A stretch of DNA of 64,000 bases, from positions 160,001 through 224,000 of the forward strand of contig CAWKBC010000017.1 of assembly GCA_963847705.1 (NCBI GenBank). The letters are read 5' to 3'. Of the stretch, positions 63,426 to 64,000 are shown one piece after another. Both the position numbers and the translations under genes were made by a program. This DNA comes from an uncultured Pseudomonadota bacterium (GTDB lineage Bacteria; Myxococcota_A; Polyangia; Fen-1088). Below the pieces are notes generated by a model. The model was not told where the DNA came from and did no database searches. It was given only the letters and a program-made list of their open reading frames with translations. Positions within the stretch are counted from its first letter, which is position 1; each line of letters begins with the position of its first letter.

Positions 63426-64000
63426 CTACAGCAGCGATCCGCCATCCACGGGAATCGTCGCGCCGGTGATCCACCGCGCAGCGTCGGAAGCGAGGAATGC
63501 CACGACGTCACCGACGTCGTCCGGCTGACCAATGCGCTTGAGGGCCTGAATCCCCAGCGCGAACGCGCGCCCCTGCTCCGTCTTGGTGAAGTTCGACATG
63601 TCCGTTTCGATAATTCCCGGAGCCACCGCGTTGATGCGGATTCCGCGCTCTCCCAGCGCAGGGGTGAGGCTTCGAACCAGCGTGTCGACAGCTCCCTTGG
63701 TCGAGGCGTACGCCGAGATGTTCCCCACCGGGCGCCGCACGCCCAGAGACGACAGCAACACAACGCTGGCACCGTCGTTCAGATGCGGCAGCAATTGCTG
63801 GACGAGGAAATACGGTGCCCGGACGTTGATGGCAAACAGGCGATCGAAGTCCTCCACGGTCAGCTCGTTGATTTTGGCTGACTTCGATACGCCGGCGTTG
63901 GCGACGAGAATATCGAGAGGACCACCGACGAGGTCCCGCGCTCTGACAGCAAGCTGGTGCGCACCATCGGGCGCCGAGAGATCCCCCCCAACGTGAGGGC
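63426..64000 (-). CDS. Short-chain dehydrogenase/reductase (5' end outside window)
   Basis: Open frame to the window edge: LDILVANAG, YASTK, INAVAPG, GATIPVDGG. Confidence 0.9.
   Translation of the reverse strand, partial: PHVGGDLSAPDGAHQLAVRARDLVGGPLDILVANAGVSKSAKINELTVEDFDRLFAINVRAPYFLVQQLLPHLNDGASVVLLSSLGVRRPVGNISAYASTKGAVDTLVRSLTPALGERGIRINAVAPGIIETDMSNFTKTEQGRAFALGIQALKRIGQPDDVGDVVAFLASDAARWITGATIPVDGGSLL

Overview
High-GC bacterial chromosome segment. Gene content and the Cys-rich lipoproteins point to Myxococcota, probably a Polyangia/Haliangium-like lineage (inference). Positions 1-58.9 kb are mostly core genes: smc 3' end, ferredoxin, cmk, rpsA, queE, recO, glyQS, ppdK, argS, SPOR protein, tamB plus an Omp85 gene (each split by a 1-nt frameshift), polA, a Gld-type ABC system, yicC-gmk-rel and tmk. 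These are mixed with uncharacterised lipoproteins and several apparently degenerate enzymes or signalling proteins. An accessory-looking region starts near 59 kb. Its strongest signal lies outside any ORF: a 28-bp dif/xrs-like XerC/XerD site (61886-61913) is directly followed by a 5-bp target duplication (TCGTC) and a 1478-bp element with no transposase (61919-63396). The element has 51-bp IS1202-like inverted repeats and carries one Cys-rich lipoprotein gene with its own promoter, so it looks like an xrs-targeting, non-autonomous cargo cassette. Other notable items are an unannotated 48-aa basic ORF after rel, with no rpoZ in the operon, and repeated leaderless-type promoters. No rRNA, tRNA or CRISPR array was seen. 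All calls come from reading motifs by eye; no database searches were run.
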